IMG/VR virus record: IMGVR_UViG_3300027861_000031
Span: 1 to 60,345 of that record
Direction: 5' to 3' (one strand)
Length of the DNA stretch: 60,345 nucleotides
From: a virus
Taxonomy: Duplodnaviria > Caudoviricetes
Shown: piece after piece, positions 47,641-58,111 of the stretch
Layout of the letters: each line of letters begins with the position of its first letter
How positions within the stretch are numbered: position 1 is the first letter of the stretch
Position numbers and translations under genes: made by a program
The notes under the pieces: model-generated
The model's input: only the letters and a program-made list of their open reading frames with translations
What the model was told of the DNA's origin: nothing
Database searches by the model: none

Positions 47641-47644
47641 ATAG

Positions 47645-50600
47645 ATGGCAGTTCAAAGATCGAATAATTTCCTAAATCAAATGAGAATTGATGTTCCGCA
47701 TTTACGTTCAATTGAATCAGCTGTTCGTAGTGATTTCGATAGTTTATTTACTGGTCTTATCTTAGGAGAAGACAAATCATATACCGTTAGAGGTCTTGCA
47801 ATTGAAATGGCTGGCTCTATCGGAGCCTCTGCAGCCGGTTTACAGCTAATTGTAGCGGATTCTTCAGTATTGCACGGAAAATCCAACGAAGCCGGTACTT
47901 TTTTCAATATTGCAAGCGGTACGGCAAATCAAGTACTTAGCGCTACCACAAACACAAAGGTTAGCGGAGCTTTTACACCCTCTGCATTAAACTATGTTTC
48001 TATTGAGTTTACTCGTCAAGTCGATGATGCAACATCTTCTCAAGTATTTCTATGGAATCCAACTACTAAAAACGAGATTACTAAAAACCTGCCTTTAGCA
48101 GAAACTTTAGACTATCAAATTGTAATTTCTTCTTCAATATTTACATCAAACGTACTACCAATCGCCATTGTAACTACCGATGCTTCAAACAACGTTTTAA
48201 CGGTTGAAGATCGTAGAGAAATGTTATTTGGAACGTCCACAGCCGGTTCTGTAACCCCAAATCCATTCAATGAATATGCGTGGACTGACGGTAGAATTCC
48301 TAACTTTTATCAATCGTCAAACTCTTCAGTATCTCCTTTTGAAGGCGGCGATAAGCAAATTCAAAATTTTAAAGAAAACGATCTAGCTGTTAAGACTGAA
48401 ATTAAGTTGATGAAAGGTACTTCATATTGGCAATCTCCAAATATTGGAGGTTCTCTTGCTGGTTTAAGGTACGATTTAGCAAATACTATATTGACAGGGC
48501 AAGGCTCTATATCTCACGACGCCGGTAACGCCGGTCAAATTAATTGGGACCAAGACATGTTTATGTCAGTCCTATCAACTAGAATTAAATACAAGCTTGA
48601 ATCTAACGCAGCCACTACTGATACTGATTTAGCAGATAAAGAAGTAGCTTACATTAAAATTATTAGAAATGTAGATATTGTTCCTCAACTGATTTTTACA
48701 AACGGTTCAGCAGTTATCACATCTGTTGGAGCAATATCTTGGACAACTGGCTTAGAGGCTGGAGATTATGTCAAGGTTGGTTCTGAAGAAGATATTGCTT
48801 ACTATGAAATATTATCTGTAGACTCTACCTCTCAAGTAACGTTGACTATAAACTTTGGTGGAACTTCTACTGGAGTTAACGGTACTGACGCTAAATATGC
48901 GTGGGGTAATTATAGGACTGATGCGGCTCCTTCAACAGACAGACATATTAAAATCGCTAGTCTTGAAGCGATGCCTTTTGATGCAGATACTTTTTGGCTA
49001 TTTTTTAGAGATGATAACGCCGGCGTATCTAGAATCTATGTTAGATTTTTAAACGCTGAACTTAAGCAGGGTGAGACAATCACTGTTGCTGATCAAGTTC
49101 CAGCAGACGTTTTAGCTTATATGGGAGCTTCTTCTGACGCCGACCCAGACCCAAACTATGCAACGTTAGCAACCGATGCTAAAACAGGTACTGAAAATTA
49201 TAACTCTACTCAAGGTGAAAACCTTACTGTTAGAGCTTCAAAGCTAACTTCTATGATGGCTGACAAAGCCCAAGATAAAACTATCCAGCTTTTAGGAACT
49301 GGTTTTGATACTGCGGTAAATACTACAAACGCTGCTAATCAAGAATTAACTTTTACATCCCTATCCGCTGGAACTCCAGCTCTAAACTTTATCATGACAG
49401 GAAGTGCCAATAACGGTACTGCCAACATTACAGGAACTATAACTTTAGCCGCTAATCAAGTCGCATATATTGACGTTGATAGAAACGCTACATTCGCCGT
49501 TGTACCAACCGTTGCAAATATTACGGCAGTAACGTTAGATGAAAATACATATGTTGTTGCTACAAGATTTAACGGAACAGACGTTCACTTGTGGGACGGT
49601 ACAGTTATAGGCGCTGATTCAAGCGTATCTTTCGGTAGTCATCTTGATCTAATATCAAGACAAAATAGAAACTTAAAAATGGTAGCTGGCGGTACTTGGA
49701 GTTGGAACTCTGGTACTGGTGATTTATCATTTACAGCAGATGCTTATATCCAAATACCAGGACTTGCAGACGTTAGAAATACAATACAACAATCTGTTCA
49801 AAGCCCTATAAATTTATCGGCTGGAGATGTTGCTTATGTTTCTATTAATAGAGCAACGGGAGCTGGAGCTAACTTAACAGTATCAACTTCAGCAATCGCC
49901 TCATTAGTATTGACTGATGATATAATTGTTATTGCTCGTAGAATAGGCGCTATTGTTTTAGTAGGTAGTAGCTCATTTAGTTTAATAAACGGTGAAAGTA
50001 AAGAACTTGACGCCGGCGCTTCAGTAGAAACAAGATCATTTACTGGACAAACAAACGCCGCCGACGCCGCTCCAACATATTCTTCTAGTATTCGTGGTAC
50101 TGCCGCTGAAAGTTTAGAAGCAAGATCAGGCGCTCTTACTCTTTCTATGGGAGATGGTCAAGAAGATAGATCAGCGTATTTTAGATCAGACGACCCAGTA
50201 ACTTGGACTGGAACTCAAATTGAGTTTACAGCTAATATTGTATTAGAAATAATAAATACTGTTACAGGAACCTTAACGGCTCACACAATCTTAGCAGCCG
50301 GCTCTCCAGTGGCTTTAGCTGACGGTGAGAGCGCTTACATTGCGATTGACAGAACGGCAGCTTCTGAAAACGTATCTGTTGTAAAAAGTGGCACGGTAGC
50401 GATACCTGCTCAAACAGAGTCAGATAAAGACGTTTTTATCTTTGGTCGTCGTAAAGATACTGCCGGTGCTGTTGCTTATTTACATTTACCTCTTCATAAA
50501 CAAGTTTTAAATACTGGACAAAGCGTTCAGCTTGGAGCTTCTGGCGGCGGCGACGGCGGTGTTACTGCAGATACATATTTCTTCAGAAACGCTGATAATG

Positions 50601-52402
50601 AAATTGATTTAACTAAATGGACTACAGGAACAAACGCAACTTTGAGTAATGCAAACTTTGCAACTCCAGGTGCTATAGTTGGTACTTATGTAAAAGAAAC
50701 CGTTAACCATTTAAGCGGAGATGAATCATATGCTTTAAAAAGTACAACCGCTAATGACTTTGTTGTTTCGGAAGTAATAACCTTACAAAAACGATCTCAA
50801 GAAAAAACAAACGTAGTTAAGTGTGAATTTACATATGGCGGCGCTGATGATGATATTCAGCCATTTATGTGGGACGTTACTAACGATGTATTATTAAGTA
50901 CCTCATTAGATTTAATTAAAGCAAACGCTAATAGTACAACATTTACTATGCAAGCTCATGTTAATAGTACTGTTGATGATATTAGAATTGGTTTTCATGT
51001 TTTAGTAACTAATACCTCTGATCTAGTGTTTGATGACTTAAGTGTTTCTGACAATCCGTTTGTGTTTAAAGATTTATTCGATTCTCAATATATCCACCAA
51101 CACACATCTAACGGTTTAGGTTCAACCGATAATAAAATCGGTAGAATGACAACAACAGCTGTTAATAGTGGTGCTCTTTTGATTGATATTGCAGATACCG
51201 CCGCTGAAGGAACTACATATACTGCTGTAAGAGACTGTACTGTTATAGTGGCTATTAGTCATAACGCAAACGCCGCATCTAGATTTGGTTTATCTTTAAA
51301 TAGTAATCAGCTTACTACAGCAATTGAAACGATAACCGCAGGTCATAGAATAGCTCTGACGCACGCTCAAAACGGAACTAACGGAACTCAATCAACATCA
51401 GCCACAATTAAAATGGCTAAAGATGATGTTCTTCGTAGACATAGTGACGGTACTGCAGATGGTACGGCGGCTAGATCAAGCATTACTATCACGGCTGTGG
51501 CAGGTACAGAACACATTATATCTGCCGCTAAGTCAAACATGTCAAACCCAGTAGATTACACTCCAACAATCACTGGTTTTGGTACTCCAACTGGTGTTAA
51601 TTTTGAATGGTCAAGGCTTGGAAAGTTTCTAATAGTTGACGGTAAATTAACTGTAGGGACATCAACGGCAGTTGAAGCTCAAATAACACTACCCTCAGGG
51701 TTAACAATAGCACTTCCACACTCTACTACTCAAGTAATAGGGAATGGAGCTAGATCGACTACTAGTGCTGAGTACGATCTTGTATTAGGAACGGATGGCG
51801 ACACCTTTGTTAATTTTGGTAGACAAGATGCTAGTGGCGGCGGTTTATCCGCTGTAAATGGAAATACGTGGTCTAGTGGTGATTTGTCTTTTCACTTCAT
51901 GGTCCCTATTGCTGAGTGGAGTTCAGATGTTACTTTATTAGCTGGAATCCCTGTACAAAAAGTAGCCTACGTTAAAGACGTAAAAACAACAACAACTCAA
52001 GGTGGAACTTTCACCTCAAGCGCCCCTAGAACTAGAGACCTCAATGACGTATCTGGAGATTCTGAAATAGTATCAGTTTCATCTAACCAATTTACATTAG
52101 GTGCAGGTAAGTATGCGATAGAGTGGAGCGCTCCAGGAAACAACGTAGGTAATCATCAATCTCATTTAAGAAACACGACAGATTCAACAAACGATATTAT
52201 AGGCAGCGTGATAGTTATGAATGGTGGAGAAATCAACACTATATCTTCTTTTGGTTATGGTACAATAACAATAACTTCTTCTAAAACCTTTGAAATACAT
52301 CATGAGTGTAGTATAACGGGAACAACCACTGGTTTTGGCGGCGCTGGTAGTTTTGGAACTGGAGAAGTGTATACTCAGGTTAAAATAACTAAACTTATAT
52401 AG
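47645..52402 (+). CDS. Long tail fibre / receptor-binding protein
   Basis: 1585 aa, T/S/G/A-rich modular repeats; followed by a chaperone gene. Confidence 0.75.
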   Translation: MAVQRSNNFLNQMRIDVPHLRSIESAVRSDFDSLFTGLILGEDKSYTVRGLAIEMAGSIGASAAGLQLIVADSSVLHGKSNEAGTFFNIASGTANQVLSATTNTKVSGAFTPSALNYVSIEFTRQVDDATSSQVFLWNPTTKNEITKNLPLAETLDYQIVISSSIFTSNVLPIAIVTTDASNNVLTVEDRREMLFGTSTAGSVTPNPFNEYAWTDGRIPNFYQSSNSSVSPFEGGDKQIQNFKENDLAVKTEIKLMKGTSYWQSPNIGGSLAGLRYDLANTILTGQGSISHDAGNAGQINWDQDMFMSVLSTRIKYKLESNAATTDTDLADKEVAYIKIIRNVDIVPQLIFTNGSAVITSVGAISWTTGLEAGDYVKVGSEEDIAYYEILSVDSTSQVTLTINFGGTSTGVNGTDAKYAWGNYRTDAAPSTDRHIKIASLEAMPFDADTFWLFFRDDNAGVSRIYVRFLNAELKQGETITVADQVPADVLAYMGASSDADPDPNYATLATDAKTGTENYNSTQGENLTVRASKLTSMMADKAQDKTIQLLGTGFDTAVNTTNAANQELTFTSLSAGTPALNFIMTGSANNGTANITGTITLAANQVAYIDVDRNATFAVVPTVANITAVTLDENTYVVATRFNGTDVHLWDGTVIGADSSVSFGSHLDLISRQNRNLKMVAGGTWSWNSGTGDLSFTADAYIQIPGLADVRNTIQQSVQSPINLSAGDVAYVSINRATGAGANLTVSTSAIASLVLTDDIIVIARRIGAIVLVGSSSFSLINGESKELDAGASVETRSFTGQTNAADAAPTYSSSIRGTAAESLEARSGALTLSMGDGQEDRSAYFRSDDPVTWTGTQIEFTANIVLEIINTVTGTLTAHTILAAGSPVALADGESAYIAIDRTAASENVSVVKSGTVAIPAQTESDKDVFIFGRRKDTAGAVAYLHLPLHKQVLNTGQSVQLGASGGGDGGVTADTYFFRNADNEIDLTKWTTGTNATLSNANFATPGAIVGTYVKETVNHLSGDESYALKSTTANDFVVSEVITLQKRSQEKTNVVKCEFTYGGADDDIQPFMWDVTNDVLLSTSLDLIKANANSTTFTMQAHVNSTVDDIRIGFHVLVTNTSDLVFDDLSVSDNPFVFKDLFDSQYIHQHTSNGLGSTDNKIGRMTTTAVNSGALLIDIADTAAEGTTYTAVRDCTVIVAISHNANAASRFGLSLNSNQLTTAIETITAGHRIALTHAQNGTNGTQSTSATIKMAKDDVLRRHSDGTADGTAARSSITITAVAGTEHIISAAKSNMSNPVDYTPTITGFGTPTGVNFEWSRLGKFLIVDGKLTVGTSTAVEAQITLPSGLTIALPHSTTQVIGNGARSTTSAEYDLVLGTDGDTFVNFGRQDASGGGLSAVNGNTWSSGDLSFHFMVPIAEWSSDVTLLAGIPVQKVAYVKDVKTTTTQGGTFTSSAPRTRDLNDVSGDSEIVSVSSNQFTLGAGKYAIEWSAPGNNVGNHQSHLRNTTDSTNDIIGSVIVMNGGEINTISSFGYGTITITSSKTFEIHHECSITGTTTGFGGAGSFGTGEVYTQVKITKLI

Positions 52403-52410
52403 GGAAATAT

Positions 52411-53001
52411 ATGACTTTACAAGATATAGATTTAATGCAAATTGAAGATCATGAATATAAATTGAGAGAAAGACTCCTACCTAATGAAGAGCCAACGTCT
52501 GAAGAGCTAGCGGCTGAGTTTGAAATTTACAAAGATGAGCTTCGAGCGGAAGAAGAAGCTAGACTTGTAGAACTTGCCCGTATCCAAGACATCAAAGATC
52601 GTTGGGCAGGTTTGGCTGATTTAAATATGACCATGATGAGATTAGGTCACGATCAAACTATCCAGAACTATGCCTTAGAACTTACAAGAATTATAGAAGA
52701 AAACGATCAAATTAGATTAGCTGAATTAGAATCAGATGACGCTGTATATAGGTTAGAAATGACGGCTCAAGGTCGTATTGATAAATTAAACTCTTTGCGT
52801 GATAAAAGAAAACCTCTCCTAGAAGAAGCTGATCATCAAATTAATATCTTAGAAGATGACTCATCAGATACAGCCTCATGGAGAGTCTATAGAAAAGCTC
52901 TTAGAGCCGCTACAGACGCCTATAAGAAGGTTGATGGAAGCCCTAAGGTCTCAATTGACGGTCTAGTTGTAGACTCTTTTACCTTCCCTAGTAAGCCCTA
53001 A
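52411..53001 (+). CDS. Tail fibre assembly chaperone-like protein
   Basis: LRDKRKPLLEEAD...WRVYRKALR...FPSKP. Confidence 0.75.
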   Translation: MTLQDIDLMQIEDHEYKLRERLLPNEEPTSEELAAEFEIYKDELRAEEEARLVELARIQDIKDRWAGLADLNMTMMRLGHDQTIQNYALELTRIIEENDQIRLAELESDDAVYRLEMTAQGRIDKLNSLRDKRKPLLEEADHQINILEDDSSDTASWRVYRKALRAATDAYKKVDGSPKVSIDGLVVDSFTFPSKP

Positions 53002-53188
53002 GAAAGGTTTTGCCGCCGCCTCTAAACATAACGTAGTCTCTATGACGGATGTATGTATGGTAGGTTCTTAAGCAGCTATCTTTTTCATACCCTAACTTAC
53101 TGTCACATCTATGTATAGAAGTTGTTTCTCCGGCGCAGCCAAACAATAGAAATAAAAATATTAATTTTTTCATCTTTTTCTCTCCCAA
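52988..53188 (-). CDS. Putative small lipoprotein
   Basis: [13 protein letters not shown]. Confidence 0.5.
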   Translation of the reverse strand: MGEKKMKKLIFLFLLFGCAGETTSIHRCDSKLGYEKDSCLRTYHTYIRHRDYVMFRGGGKTFLRAY

Positions 53189-53664
53189 TTTTGTATTTCA
53201 AAATCCCCATCATCGCTACGAATAAGTTCCATCTTAACCATGGCAAAATCATCTTCATAGTGAGGGAAATAAGTGTGAGCTTTTCCAGTATATTGCATTT
53301 GACTAATCAAAATTTCATTCATATGAGGTAAAAAGTAGTCATATATTTGTTCGCCGCCGGCAATATAGACGTTTTGATCTACGGTTTTGACAAAATTAGC
53401 TAAATGATAGGCGTTCTCTATTCTTCTCACAAAGAAAACATTTTTATAACCTGCTTGTGGAGCTTTATAGCTACTAATAACTATAACTTTCCTATTAGGT
53501 AAGCCGTTTGGAATAGACTCATAGGTTTTACGCCCCATAATTACAACATGACCTCTAGTTGTATTTTTAAAGTGACGCATTTCTTCTTTATTTTTCCAAG
53601 GCAGCTTACCTTCAAGCCCTATTTGGTTATGCTCACCAACGGCGGCTATTCCAATTAAATTCAT
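53170..53664 (-). CDS. folA: Dihydrofolate reductase
   Basis: [31 protein letters not shown]. Confidence 0.95.
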   Translation of the reverse strand: MNLIGIAAVGEHNQIGLEGKLPWKNKEEMRHFKNTTRGHVVIMGRKTYESIPNGLPNRKVIVISSYKAPQAGYKNVFFVRRIENAYHLANFVKTVDQNVYIAGGEQIYDYFLPHMNEILISQMQYTGKAHTYFPHYEDDFAMVKMELIRSDDGDFEIQNWERKR

Positions 53665-54518
53665 ACAGCAACCTTACCTTTTATAGTGTTGTGAGACCTG
53701 TAGTTTTTCAAATTAATCCAAGTTTTTATCGTATCCCAGTCCATTTCTTGACAGTATTCATCAACAAAACCCATCAATTCACCTTGTTTTAATGTAATTT
53801 CAAGCTCTGGGAGCTTTAAAGGACTTCTCTTAAGCATTTCTTCAAACTTAGGTATATGATTTTTATAAATATGAACGTCACCGAACGTATGGACAAATTC
53901 TCCAACCTCGAGACCACACTCGTTAGCAACTAAGTGAGTTAAGGCGGCGTATGAGGCGATATTGAAAGGTACTCCTAAAAACAAGTCGGCAGACCTTTGA
54001 TATAGCTGGCAAGAAAGCTTACCATTTCTAACGTAGAATTGAAATAGTGTGTGACACGGCGGTAAAGCCATATTGTCAACCTCACCTACGTTCCAAGCGC
54101 TAATAATAATCCTACGTGAGTTTGGATTTGTTTTTATAGTGTGAATAGCATGATCAAGTTGGTCGATATAGTTATCATGCATAATTTCCCCATGACATAC
54201 TTCAGGCGTCCCAATCCAAGCTCTCCATTGTTGACCGTAAACTGGACCTAATTCTCCAGCATCATCAGCCCACTCATCCCAAATTTTAACATTATGGTTT
54301 TTCATAAACTTAATATTGGTCTCGCCACGCATAAGCCACAAAAGCTCTATTAAGACTGACTTCCAATGAGTTCTCTTAGAAGTTACTAATGGAAAGCCTT
54401 TAGAAAGATCAAAGCGCATTTGTCTGCCGAACACAGATATAGTTCCAACGCCTGTTCTATCGTCAGATTCTGTTCCGTTCTTTAATATGTCTCTTACAAG
54501 CGCTCTATATTGTTTCAC
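53661..54518 (-). CDS. thyA: Thymidylate synthase (ThyA)
   Basis: [44 protein letters not shown]. Confidence 0.97.
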   Translation of the reverse strand: MKQYRALVRDILKNGTESDDRTGVGTISVFGRQMRFDLSKGFPLVTSKRTHWKSVLIELLWLMRGETNIKFMKNHNVKIWDEWADDAGELGPVYGQQWRAWIGTPEVCHGEIMHDNYIDQLDHAIHTIKTNPNSRRIIISAWNVGEVDNMALPPCHTLFQFYVRNGKLSCQLYQRSADLFLGVPFNIASYAALTHLVANECGLEVGEFVHTFGDVHIYKNHIPKFEEMLKRSPLKLPELEITLKQGELMGFVDEYCQEMDWDTIKTWINLKNYRSHNTIKGKVAV

Positions 54519-54766
54519 AGCTTCTCCACCTCATTCTCATCAACATGCAAACTAGTTTTAGGCAAAACTTTTACTTCTAAATAGTAGGTTTCAAATCCTT
54601 TTTCGTATGAAAAATACCTTACGCCATCTTTTATTACTTTTTTAGCAAAATCATCTTTAGTATCTTCCTTAGAGCAAAAATAAAACGCAAAACCACAGTA
54701 AGCACATAGGGCTGTAAGTATTGCAAAAAGTCCTATCATGTCTTGAATACTGTAGTGCATTAGCAA
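54515..54766 (-). CDS. Small membrane protein
   Basis: Single TM helix. Confidence 0.5.
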   Translation of the reverse strand: MLMHYSIQDMIGLFAILTALCAYCGFAFYFCSKEDTKDDFAKKVIKDGVRYFSYEKGFETYYLEVKVLPKTSLHVDENEVEKL

Positions 54767-55077
54767 ACACCTTTCATGCTGCGATCTTCTTCAGTTTCTT
54801 CAAACAATTCTTGAAGCATTTCGTACTCTCTTTTAGAGATCAAATTTGGATGATCAACGACTAAAAATTCTTCGCCGTGCTCTAAAACATGATAGCCAGA
54901 AGCCGTAAAAGCACCGTCAATACAGTTGGGTTCTTCTAAATTTGAAATAGGCTCTTTAGTTCCCATCCTAACAAAATAGTGAAGACTTCCGTTTTGATCT
55001 CCACCTAAATGTCTTGCAAAAGGCTTTAGTTTTTCTAAAGATTTAAGTTTTACAGATTTTACAGTTACTTCTTTCAT
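54760..55077 (-). CDS. Hypothetical protein
   Basis: Coupled ORF. Confidence 0.55.
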   Translation of the reverse strand: MKEVTVKSVKLKSLEKLKPFARHLGGDQNGSLHYFVRMGTKEPISNLEEPNCIDGAFTASGYHVLEHGEEFLVVDHPNLISKREYEMLQELFEETEEDRSMKGVC

Positions 55078-55271
55078 AGATCGTTTATTCCCATATATTC
55101 AAGCTCACCTTCAGATGTGAAGTGAAATTGAACATTGTTAGCCTTGATCAACATTACTAAGTTGTCCGTAGACATCTCATGCTCATAGTCAATCTCAGCG
55201 TTGGTTAACATTCTTTCTACTGACTGCACGTCAGTTACAATTACAAAGTCCTCATCCTTACTATTTTGCAC
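55074..55271 (-). CDS. Hypothetical protein
   Basis: Coupled ORF. Confidence 0.55.
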   Translation of the reverse strand: MQNSKDEDFVIVTDVQSVERMLTNAEIDYEHEMSTDNLVMLIKANNVQFHFTSEGELEYMGINDL

Positions 55272-56259
55272 GTCCTACTCCATCGACTTTTTGTACGGCT
55301 TCTACCGCTTTATTTATAATACCATTAGTTTGACCAATATTCAACCTAATAAATTTTTTATTTTTATCTTTAAATTCTATATACTTTACTTCAGCCTTAT
55401 CAAACAATTTCAGCATCTTATCATCAACTTCAGCACAGTAAAACATACCTTTTTCTTGAACGTCAGTACCTAAAAGGTAAGATAGCTTATGTAAACTCTC
55501 ACGATTTTGGTCTAATGAGTTTTTACCCAAGTGCATAAACTCATCTAAATTTATATTATTCAATACGTCAGTGATGAGATTTTGAGAGGGTTTTGAGATA
55601 GTTGCATTTTCATACATCGCCTCCTCAGAAAAATGTCTATAATCCACAGGACAGTTGGTAGCAATCCACCCAATACGAGCGCCAGTTAGCCCTAAGAGCT
55701 TCGAGAAAGACCCTACGTAAACGCTATGGTCTGGCTGAATAGCAGGACAGGCGTTATATATTGTATTGTGATATACAGCATCCCAAACTATAGGTGGTTT
55801 TTTATCCAAAACACTCTTAATCGAGCCTTGAAACTGGTTTCCAAAAGGGTTGGCAGGACTATCAACAATAGCCATAGCATCGCCCCAAACTTCTTCATAT
55901 CCTTTTAAATCAACGGCGTTATGTATTAAATCATTCTTTTTAATCATATGCGGATAGTAAGGATATCCAAACTTACCAGTAATGACTGTATCGATTCCGT
56001 CAAACCTATGCCAAGCTCTCATGATAGTATTTAACGCTTGAGTAGCTCCGTTAGTAATTATATAGTAATTATATCGATTACCCGTAGTATGCTCTGTTAT
56101 AGCCCTTACACAGTCTAATAATTTAGCTTTACCGTCTGTTGGAGCGTAGTTCATAGACTTAATCTTAGGTCTTTGAAAACCAAAGTGAGGCTTGTACATA
56201 TTATCCAATATTTCCAATAAAAAATAAGGGTCTCCCCAACCTAAATCTAAATCACCCAC
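55261..56259 (-). CDS. PLP-dependent aminotransferase class I/II
   Basis: TNGATQAL, SPANPFG, WDAVY, GSFSKLLGLTGARIGW, FIRLN. Confidence 0.85.
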   Translation of the reverse strand: MGDLDLGWGDPYFLLEILDNMYKPHFGFQRPKIKSMNYAPTDGKAKLLDCVRAITEHTTGNRYNYYIITNGATQALNTIMRAWHRFDGIDTVITGKFGYPYYPHMIKKNDLIHNAVDLKGYEEVWGDAMAIVDSPANPFGNQFQGSIKSVLDKKPPIVWDAVYHNTIYNACPAIQPDHSVYVGSFSKLLGLTGARIGWIATNCPVDYRHFSEEAMYENATISKPSQNLITDVLNNINLDEFMHLGKNSLDQNRESLHKLSYLLGTDVQEKGMFYCAEVDDKMLKLFDKAEVKYIEFKDKNKKFIRLNIGQTNGIINKAVEAVQKVDGVGRAK

Positions 56260-56431
56260 GCTTAGCTTCCTTTGATTTTTTAAAAGGTTTATATGTAATC
56301 GTTATTTCATAATATTCATCTTCAAGACCTTTCCAGGGAGCCTCTCTAAGATGGGGTAAACAGCTAGTATCTTTTCCAGCCTGAACTTCTTTCATTTTTT
56401 CTAAATCTTCCTGGTCAACGTATAGTTTCAT
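56252..56431 (-). CDS. 59-aa hypothetical protein (not in ORF track)
   Basis: GGAG RBS; overlaps both neighbours. Confidence 0.55.
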   Translation of the reverse strand: MKLYVDQEDLEKMKEVQAGKDTSCLPHLREAPWKGLEDEYYEITITYKPFKKSKEAKRG

Positions 56432-56907
56432 GCTTTCTCCGACTTTTCCATTTTGTTAATATGAAAATTCTTTTTTATGGAAAAGATTTCATAAATCAAT
56501 TCTTGCATACGCTGCTCTGAAAGTCCATAGATTTTTCTTAAATCTTCCACTTTTTTATTTTTATACTCTTCAAACTCTTTTTCAACTTGAATATCAATCA
56601 TAACGCTTTTGACGTTCTCAATAGGTATGATATCATCTAATTCAGGACAGTACCCTGTATGCTCACAAACCAAAGTATTAATAGCACCCTTAGCTTCAAT
56701 ACTGTATACTGGCAGTCTGACCCACTTGTGGATTTTTCCATCTTTCTTAAACTTTGCAAGCCTATCGGTTTCTTTTTTAATAACTTTCTTTAAGGCAGAT
56801 TTTGATTTTAAGTTTTTAACAATAACAGCTATAACAACTAGCGTGAAATACAGCACAATCAAAGTCGCCACACCTAATATTAATAGTGAAATGTTATTTG
56901 ATAACAC
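56428..56907 (-). CDS. Membrane-anchored hypothetical protein
   Basis: N-terminal TM helix. Confidence 0.55.
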   Translation of the reverse strand: MLSNNISLLILGVATLIVLYFTLVVIAVIVKNLKSKSALKKVIKKETDRLAKFKKDGKIHKWVRLPVYSIEAKGAINTLVCEHTGYCPELDDIIPIENVKSVMIDIQVEKEFEEYKNKKVEDLRKIYGLSEQRMQELIYEIFSIKKNFHINKMEKSEKA

Positions 56908-57352
56908 TTAAAGCCTCCTTGCTTATTTTTTGAAGCTGTCCTATAGCAATTATACTACCGACAAAACTATATAGCATTATAGAGCCTAATAAAATATCGC
57001 CCAACACAACAAAGACGGCAGCTAATGTAGCAGCCAATAACACTCTTTTACAACATATCCAAAAACTTAATCTTTCTATATTTTCACTACCGAGTCTTTC
57101 AATATGTTTAGCTTTCCCATCCTCATCCATAGTTTGCATCTGTTCTTTCAAACTTTTGTAGTCATTTAAACTCATAACCCAAAACACAAGTACCAATACA
57201 GTTATGAGAATATTACTGGGAATACCTACGATTATATACAAAGTTCTAGCATTATCTAGATATTGTAGGTATTCATGCGCCGGATTGAACGCAGTATATA
57301 TTAAACATCCGTAAAACACCCAATAAATTACCGTAATTAATTTTGCCCACAT
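56894..57352 (-). CDS. Multi-pass membrane protein
   Basis: About four hydrophobic helices. Confidence 0.6.
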   Translation of the reverse strand: MWAKLITVIYWVFYGCLIYTAFNPAHEYLQYLDNARTLYIIVGIPSNILITVLVLVFWVMSLNDYKSLKEQMQTMDEDGKAKHIERLGSENIERLSFWICCKRVLLAATLAAVFVVLGDILLGSIMLYSFVGSIIAIGQLQKISKEALSVIK

Positions 57353-58111
57353 TTACTCTTCTCCTTTATTTTTTTTACCTTTTAAATTATCCCAATCACC
57401 GTCAAACACCTCATCAGCAAAACCAATCTTAACTGCTTCTTTAGAGTCAAAATAGACCTCTTCCTTGTAAGCCATCTCTTTAATTAGCCATTCTTTAAGT
57501 CTTTTACGAGACCAAGATTTCTTAGAGCCTTGCTGCTTTAGATTATCAATATAAACACCTAACATCTGGTCGCCGGCTTTTTTAACCTCAACAGCCTCTG
57601 TTAGGTATTGTTTTACAGTACCGCCTCCAAACATGGTGCCTTCGTGAAACATAAACGTGCTATGAGGCATCATAATTCGCCTGTGAGCGGCTAAAAAGAT
57701 CAAAGAAGACATAGACCTTGCATGTGTGTATGAAAGGATTGTAACATGCTTAGGACACAGCCTAATGGCGTCATATATAGCCATACCCTCAGCCCAATGA
57801 CCTCCACAAGTCTTCATATGAATCAATATAGGGTCATCGCCTTTCTTTTTAATTAATGTTTGCAAGTTTTTAATAAATCTACCTGCCATAATATGCTCAA
57901 CTCCTGGCTCTTCATCGCCGTCAGAGCCAGTACCGGCGCTATACTCTCTAGCTCCAATGAGATATATCTCGTTATTCTCATAATCCAGATCATACTCTTG
58001 CATAGTAAAGATCGGGTCGTCAATCTTATATCTATGACTGTCTTTTTTGTGCTTGTCTTTTTTATGATTCATATTTTCCTCACGATTGCCTTTGCGCTCT
58101 TTTATACGCAT
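57353..58111 (-). CDS. clpP: ClpP-family protease
   Basis: TCGG, AIYDAI, ARSMSS (Ser), FMFH (His), EAVKIGFAD. Confidence 0.85.
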   Translation of the reverse strand: MRIKERKGNREENMNHKKDKHKKDSHRYKIDDPIFTMQEYDLDYENNEIYLIGAREYSAGTGSDGDEEPGVEHIMAGRFIKNLQTLIKKKGDDPILIHMKTCGGHWAEGMAIYDAIRLCPKHVTILSYTHARSMSSLIFLAAHRRIMMPHSTFMFHEGTMFGGGTVKQYLTEAVEVKKAGDQMLGVYIDNLKQQGSKKSWSRKRLKEWLIKEMAYKEEVYFDSKEAVKIGFADEVFDGDWDNLKGKKNKGEE

